Of a stretch of 20,000 bases of DNA, positions 15,603 through 20,000 are shown in pieces (position 1 is the stretch's first letter; every line of letters begins with the position of its first letter). The position numbers and the translations under genes were made by a program. Source of the DNA: an uncultured virus (IMG/VR IMGVR_UViG_3300028840_007214) (taxonomy: Duplodnaviria > Heunggongvirae > Uroviricota > Caudoviricetes); the IMG/VR virus record IMGVR_UViG_3300028840_007214; one strand, given 5' to 3'. The notes beneath the pieces are model-generated. The model saw only the letters and a program-made list of their open reading frames with translations. It was not told the DNA's origin and searched no databases.

Positions 15603-16022
15603 ATGGATAATCCTTATGATTGGGGTTTAAAGCAGGAAGCGGCATTTCTTGATCGCAAACATCGTAATGAAAAACGAGAAGAGTTAAAGAGCTCTACCTT
15701 AGAGCTAGACTTGATTTCATTTGATAAGTTAACCCATTTGGCCGAAAATCCTGAGAAAGAACCAGATCCTGATAAACCTCTAACTAGGTTATCTCAAGCT
15801 CAAATAGATCGAGTTTTAACTGAGTTAAATGTTGCTTGTCATATGAATGATTCTATGGTCAGCTTACCTTTAGCTGAGTTGAGCCATCTTTTAAGAGCTT
15901 GGTTTCTTTGCCGTCTTATTAAACAAAGCACAGATTGGGATAACCTTTGTGAAGAAGACAAAGAGGTCAGCCCACTTAACAGTTTAAAAGCCATTTATAA
16001 TCTTGTTAAGGATCGTGTTTGA
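15603..16022 (+). CDS. Hypothetical protein
   Basis: AGGAG RBS; 139 aa. Confidence 0.75.
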   Translation: MDNPYDWGLKQEAAFLDRKHRNEKREELKSSTLELDLISFDKLTHLAENPEKEPDPDKPLTRLSQAQIDRVLTELNVACHMNDSMVSLPLAELSHLLRAWFLCRLIKQSTDWDNLCEEDKEVSPLNSLKAIYNLVKDRV

Positions 16023-16495
16023 TGAAGGAGTTAGATATAACAATGAATGATTTCGACAAAGCTCAGGTGAAAGCTCTTGGGCGCGATATAGGTTATGGTA
16101 ACATAATGAATCTTGCGAGCGAATGCTGGCGTGAATTTCTCGAAGCTTCAGGGCACCCTTCTGGGGGAGAATTTGTTCCAGGCCCTTGTAAGGCATCAAC
16201 AGTACCCTGTGATTGTGGAGGTTCCTGTGACTGGTGCTGTGGTTCTGGATGGCTTACACTTAAAGTAAAAGAAGCAAAAGAAGCTTTAGGTGATAAAGAG
16301 CTACCTAAAAAGAAACAGCATGACATTACTGAGTTTGGTAATTATGATCCTCAAGTGTTTCAGCAGTTTTTAGATTCTAGTAGATCGTTTCATCTGTGCC
16401 ATACTCAAGCCTCTTCTTGGGGTATAGCGCATGTGCGTAAAGCTTTAGTTAATTGGATTAAAGCATTTGAGAAATTAGAAGAAAGCAGAAAATGA
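16019..16495 (+). CDS. Hypothetical protein with Cys cluster (CDC...CDWCCGSGW)
   Basis: 158-aa ORF. The start could instead be ATG 16022 or the ATG at 16043 after AAGGAG. Confidence 0.7.
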   Translation: MMKELDITMNDFDKAQVKALGRDIGYGNIMNLASECWREFLEASGHPSGGEFVPGPCKASTVPCDCGGSCDWCCGSGWLTLKVKEAKEALGDKELPKKKQHDITEFGNYDPQVFQQFLDSSRSFHLCHTQASSWGIAHVRKALVNWIKAFEKLEESRK

Positions 16496-16764
16496 ATCGA
16501 CGCGATTTGCAGCGGCTTGTTGTTAAACTTAATGTGCGTCTTAACAATCTTTTTACTGAACTACAAGAGAAGCATAGTTCTGAAAATATTCCTCTGCTTA
16601 AAGGCCAAATTTACGACACCCTTTGGAATTTACGAAGATTAAGTGGTCTTGAAGCAGGTAGCCCTTTTCTAGAGCATTTAATCACTCAAGAAGAGCATGA
16701 GCTTAGAAAAGAATTGTTGGAAGCAAAACCAAAGATCGGGGCTAGAAAGATTCGGTTCAAATGA
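16492..16764 (+). CDS. Hypothetical protein
   Basis: ATGA overlaps at both ends. Confidence 0.7.
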   Translation: MNRRDLQRLVVKLNVRLNNLFTELQEKHSSENIPLLKGQIYDTLWNLRRLSGLEAGSPFLEHLITQEEHELRKELLEAKPKIGARKIRFK

Positions 16765-16985
16765 AACTAGGGCATTTTCTTGAAATAATTACGTTAAACG
16801 ATTTTCAGAAAGCTTACGGACGGCATCTGAACGCACTTCGATTTAATTTCGGTTTCCCTTTCTGTCCTAAATGCGATAGAAGAATAGCTGGCTGGCGAAG
16901 ATTTCTTTTTTGGCGAAGAATCCATAATCGGAGGTGCCGGGAGAAATTTGGGCACCTTTTAAACGATTTTAGAAAGAAGAGCTAA
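16761..16985 (+). CDS. Small basic protein with CPKC...H...C
   Basis: ATGA overlap upstream, TAATG overlap downstream. Confidence 0.65.
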   Translation: MKLGHFLEIITLNDFQKAYGRHLNALRFNFGFPFCPKCDRRIAGWRRFLFWRRIHNRRCREKFGHLLNDFRKKS

Positions 16986-17287
16986 TGTCAGAAGAACTAA
17001 AGAAGAGAACTTGGTGTTGGATTATGCTTCCCGCTGATTATGAGATTCGTTGTGATCTTTGTAAAGGCGCTAACATTACTTGGTCTGAATATGAGAATCT
17101 GATTTGGTGTTATGACTGTGAAAAAGATACACCTGGAACTTCCGGTATTTTTGATGGGCCGATTATGGTTAATACGGTCCAACTAATGGGCATTTCTCTT
17201 GACCGTTTTGATTGTGTTAATGAACGAAGGCTTTATCTTCATCAGACTGATTCTGGTATTGATTGGAAACCAGAACCTCCAGAATAA
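16985..17287 (+). CDS. Zinc-ribbon protein (CDLC...WCYDC)
   Basis: 100 aa with two CxxC pairs. Confidence 0.7.
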   Translation: MSEELKKRTWCWIMLPADYEIRCDLCKGANITWSEYENLIWCYDCEKDTPGTSGIFDGPIMVNTVQLMGISLDRFDCVNERRLYLHQTDSGIDWKPEPPE

Positions 17288-17570
17288 GGATCTAACAACC
17301 TTGCGGGTCGTGGGAACCTCGACTCACGTTAAGAACGAGAGGAATGACTAGGTGGCTTTGACCGTTTGTCTCCTATCAGAGAAACGGTTGTGGGCAGATG
17401 AGCTCCCCACTCGTGTTAGCTTTGACACGACAAAACTTAGCTTGCTGAGCGCCGATCTCAGCACAATGATTCGGCCGGGGTGCTTGTTAATTCCTGATCG
17501 AACAGCTGGAATTGACTAGGTGTGCATTCCGAATAATGTACTACACTCGTAGATGGGTTGTTAGATCTTT
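17286..17570 (+). ncRNA. Putative structured non-coding RNA of unrecognised family
   Basis: Longest intergenic gap in the window; perfect 12-bp terminal pairing 17289-17300/17556-17567 enclosing nested helices and at least six hairpins; G-U wobbles are consistent with the + strand. Confidence 0.75.
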
Positions 17571-17589
17571 TAAGAGAAAAGAGGTAAAG

Positions 17590-18297
17590 ATGAAAGAAGA
17601 AGACATTTACAAACCTCAAAATATAAAAAGAACCGAAGAAGTTTTTTCACCCTCAAAGAAGTTCAAACTTGAGATCCTTTACTATTTCACAAAAGAAGGT
17701 TGTTGGGAATACTCTCGAGGTAAGATATACCGTGTCTTAGACAATAAAATTATTGCCGATATCAAAAGAAATTATTCTACCTTCCACCATAGCTTCCAAA
17801 CTAAAAACTCTCAAGAGTATCTAATCACCGGGCGCAGCTATATGGGGCAAACGATTGTCAATTTAGACGAGGAATGGGAAGTTTCTACTCCTGGGCCTTA
17901 TGGGGGGCAAGAATTTTGTTGGGCCGATCATTTTCTTTCTCCAGATGGTCAAACATTGGCTGTGGCTGGCTGTCATTGGGCTGGCCCATATGAAATCGCA
18001 TTTTTCGATTTTTCGAATCCCAAAGTTTTACCTTTACCTGTGCTCATGCAAGATGATGACACTTGGTATGATAAGACCTATGGTTGGACGGATAAGGGGT
18101 TTAAGTGGGCTAGAGGTCATGAATTATTTGTGCCTTGGAGTAAACGTGATCGTGATTTAACACTTGAAGAATTAGAGCAGATCAGTAAAGAGTTTGGTGA
18201 TGAAGATGACGATAAGCTTTGGAAGTGGGTAGATGATGAAGTTTGGCTTTGTCATCGTGAAGGTGATACAGTGCTTGTCAGAAAGATCGAATCTTGA
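17590..18297 (+). CDS. Hypothetical beta-rich protein with a WD40/TolB-like LSPDGQTLAV motif
   Basis: GAGGT at 17581-17585 supports ATG 17590 rather than TTG 17512; 235 aa. Confidence 0.75.
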   Translation: MKEEDIYKPQNIKRTEEVFSPSKKFKLEILYYFTKEGCWEYSRGKIYRVLDNKIIADIKRNYSTFHHSFQTKNSQEYLITGRSYMGQTIVNLDEEWEVSTPGPYGGQEFCWADHFLSPDGQTLAVAGCHWAGPYEIAFFDFSNPKVLPLPVLMQDDDTWYDKTYGWTDKGFKWARGHELFVPWSKRDRDLTLEELEQISKEFGDEDDDKLWKWVDDEVWLCHREGDTVLVRKIES

Positions 18298-18337
18298 GAT
18301 ATAATTGTATAATAGATCGTTTTTGTGAGTAACTAAA

Positions 18338-18520
18338 ATGGCAACGTTTCGTGTTAAGCTTGAAGTAGTTCTTGACCTCGAATGCGCAGGAGACGAAGTT
18401 CCTCTTATTAGCTCAGTTATTAATGAGTTAGATTATAACTTCGTTTCAAATACTCCTGAAGTTCAAATTAAGCACACAGAGATTCGAGATAGTAACTTTA
18501 GTGAAAGCTTTTCCTTATGA
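18338..18520 (+). CDS. Hypothetical protein
   Basis: 60 aa; preceded by tandem TATAAT (18300-18305 and 18308-18313); ATGA overlap downstream. Confidence 0.7.
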   Translation: MATFRVKLEVVLDLECAGDEVPLISSVINELDYNFVSNTPEVQIKHTEIRDSNFSESFSL

Positions 18521-18948
18521 AGATTCCTTCAGTAGAATCAACATACAAAGTGCTAATGGATAAATCAAACAGGATTCTGGAGAAAATTGCCATGGAGCAA
18601 GAATCTAAAACTGTATTTCCTCCACTGTCTCAAGAACCTATTTTGCATGTTGATTCTACTCCTGATGCTAATTATCCTTTGCGCATCTTAAGAGCATATC
18701 GGCTTAATGCTGATTGTTGTTATGAAGTAACCGGGGTAGATGAGAAATCTAGAGTTATCTGGGATATGATGAATTCCTTTCAAGAGAAGCGCGCTAAGCT
18801 TCTTGATAAGGCTTTAGAGATCTTAGAACGCATGATTTTTATGTTGATTGTGCCTACGCAACTTGTGATGCCTGTTATACTTTCTTTTATGCTACGCAAT
18901 CAGCAACGCGAGATCGTAACGCAGATGTTTGCCCTCCGCAGATTGTAA
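18517..18948 (+). CDS. Hypothetical protein; possibly frameshifted near 18830 with a true end at 19031
   Basis: 143-aa ORF; an overlapping frame without ATG runs 18810-19031 and looks more coding-like. Confidence 0.6.
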   Translation: MKIPSVESTYKVLMDKSNRILEKIAMEQESKTVFPPLSQEPILHVDSTPDANYPLRILRAYRLNADCCYEVTGVDEKSRVIWDMMNSFQEKRAKLLDKALEILERMIFMLIVPTQLVMPVILSFMLRNQQREIVTQMFALRRL

Positions 18949-19082
18949 GAAAAAGCCCCTATCAATTTGAATCCACGGGAGATATTTACCCTACATTTAC
19001 TTATGAGCAAAGTTCTGGCTATATTCATTAAATTTATCTGGATCTTTCTCTCAAATAGGTATACCTTTAGAAGAGAATAGAG

Positions 19083-19301
19083 ATGATAAAAGTCGATAAA
19101 AATGGCAAATTACACTTAGTTTGCCATCATTGCTCTCAAGAATTCCATTATCCTCATTTTGATTCAGCAAACCCTTTTGAGACTCTACCGAAAGGTTGGT
19201 TGGGGCTTTATTTTCCAGAGCGCGGTATAGAGCTCTATTGTGGTAAAAAATCATGTTCGAATGTAGCTCATGCTTATCTAGGTTTACCTATAAATGTTTA
19301 G
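19083..19301 (+). CDS. Small Cys-containing protein (CHHC...LPKGW...YCGKKSC)
   Basis: 72-aa ORF with zinc-finger-like spacing. Confidence 0.65.
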   Translation: MIKVDKNGKLHLVCHHCSQEFHYPHFDSANPFETLPKGWLGLYFPERGIELYCGKKSCSNVAHAYLGLPINV

Positions 19302-19311
19302 AGGTTGAAAG

Positions 19312-19705
19312 ATGTACCAATACAAAGCAAGACATCTAAGAGTAGTTGATGGGGACACTTTAGATGTTGAGATAGACCTTGGCTTTGGCATTATTACTCG
19401 CCAAAGAGTTCGCCTTAAAGGTATTGATACTCCTAGGTATTGATACTCCTGAAACTTATGGAGTAAAGAAAAGCTCTGAAGAATATCAGGCAGGGTTAAA
19501 GGCAAAGGAAAGAGTAAAGAACGTATTAGATACTTGTGTCATTCATCATGGCCATTTTCTCATCGAGACTTCTAAGAAGGGTAAGTTTGGCCGTTGGTTG
19601 GCTGAGATCACTTTACCTCATTTTGTAACAGCCTCAGGTGAAACAATCTCTTGGTCTTTGAATGCTCTTTTGCTTGAAGAAGGGTTAGCGAAACCATATA
19701 ATTAA
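19312..19705 (+). pseudogene. Staphylococcal nuclease (thermonuclease, SNase)-family gene frameshifted by a 16-bp duplication
   Basis: GAGG RBS and ATG 19312 give MYQYKARHLRVVDGDTLDVEIDLGF...RVRLKGIDTP, then stop at 19441-19443. GIDTPE...GKFGRWLA...LNALLLEEGLAKPY continues in another frame. Confidence 0.9.
19419..19450 (+). repeat. Exact tandem duplication (AGGTATTGATACTCCT)x2
   Basis: 19419-19434 and 19435-19450 are identical. Confidence 0.97.
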
Positions 19706-19743
19706 ATTGGCGTAATGAGTGAGGATAGTTAAAGGGCAGGAGG

Positions 19744-20000
19744 ATGAAGAAAGAAAAGTATACTCTCTTCTTTACAGGCTTTCCTGAGCCTGTGCAGCAT
19801 GCTTTGCTTCAGATGAGAGCTTATGGGCAATACAATGAAGAGCTCGAATGGACTGAAGCTAACCTGGAAGATGTTGCTAAGGCACTTAGAGCTTTAGCTA
19901 AGTTCTTAGCAGAGCATGGAGTTGATTGTTCAGAAGTTAAAGCTGAAGCTACCCGAGTTTATGTTCATGGTAAGACCACAAAGCGCATTCCTCAATCACT
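19744..20000 (+). CDS. Hypothetical protein, truncated by the window end (not in ORF track)
   Basis: ATG 19744 after a purine-rich run; MKKEKYTLFFTGFPEPVQHALLQ... stays open to 20000. Confidence 0.7.
   Translation, partial: MKKEKYTLFFTGFPEPVQHALLQMRAYGQYNEELEWTEANLEDVAKALRALAKFLAEHGVDCSEVKAEATRVYVHGKTTKRIPQS

Noticed and set aside
17290..17566. Integron attC site (ATCTAAC...GTTAGAT fits RYYYAAC/GTTRRRY right after a stop codon)
   Set aside because: 277 bp is far longer than usual attC sites; the interior is multibranched, there are no clear L boxes, and no other cassette or integrase is present.
17286..17570. MITE/IS remnant, group I or II intron, tmRNA or hammerhead ribozyme
   Set aside because: No clear target-site duplication or transposase, no group II domain V or group I P7 motifs, no tRNA-like ends, no intact CUGAUGA/GAAA core; both flanking genes are complete.
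17512..17589. N-terminal extension of the 17512-18297 ORF
   Set aside because: The TTG lies inside the structured element; GAGGT supports ATG 17590.
19379..19705. Independent 108-aa gene with a signal-peptide-like start (MALALLLA...)
   Set aside because: The N-terminus is the out-of-frame reading of the nuclease gene starting at 19312.
1..20000. Stop-codon reassignment, or tRNA genes accompanying rtcB
   Set aside because: Long conserved genes are intact in the standard code, TAG and TGA end genes at tight junctions, and no cloverleaf was seen.

Overview
Window from a large tailed dsDNA virus genome (Caudoviricetes-like, probably bacteriophage). All credible genes are on the + strand in standard code. 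1-8860 is a virion head module: putative internal/head proteins, an FN3-like protein, an inserted GT-B glycosyltransferase, a prohead protease with a Cys/His metal-binding insertion, an acidic scaffold, a putative decoration protein and an HK97-fold major capsid protein, followed by a strong terminator. 8860-20000 is an accessory region of short, overlapping, mostly unknown ORFs (many with CxxC), a clear RtcB RNA ligase, and a staphylococcal-nuclease homolog broken by a 16-bp duplication. The most unusual item is a ~285-nt intergenic element (17286-17570) that folds by eye into a multi-helix RNA closed by a 16-bp terminal stem and matches no ncRNA family I can recognise. Two candidate promoter classes and a recurring (K/R)-x-A motif in head proteins are also visible. 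Calls come from motif recognition only; no searches were run.
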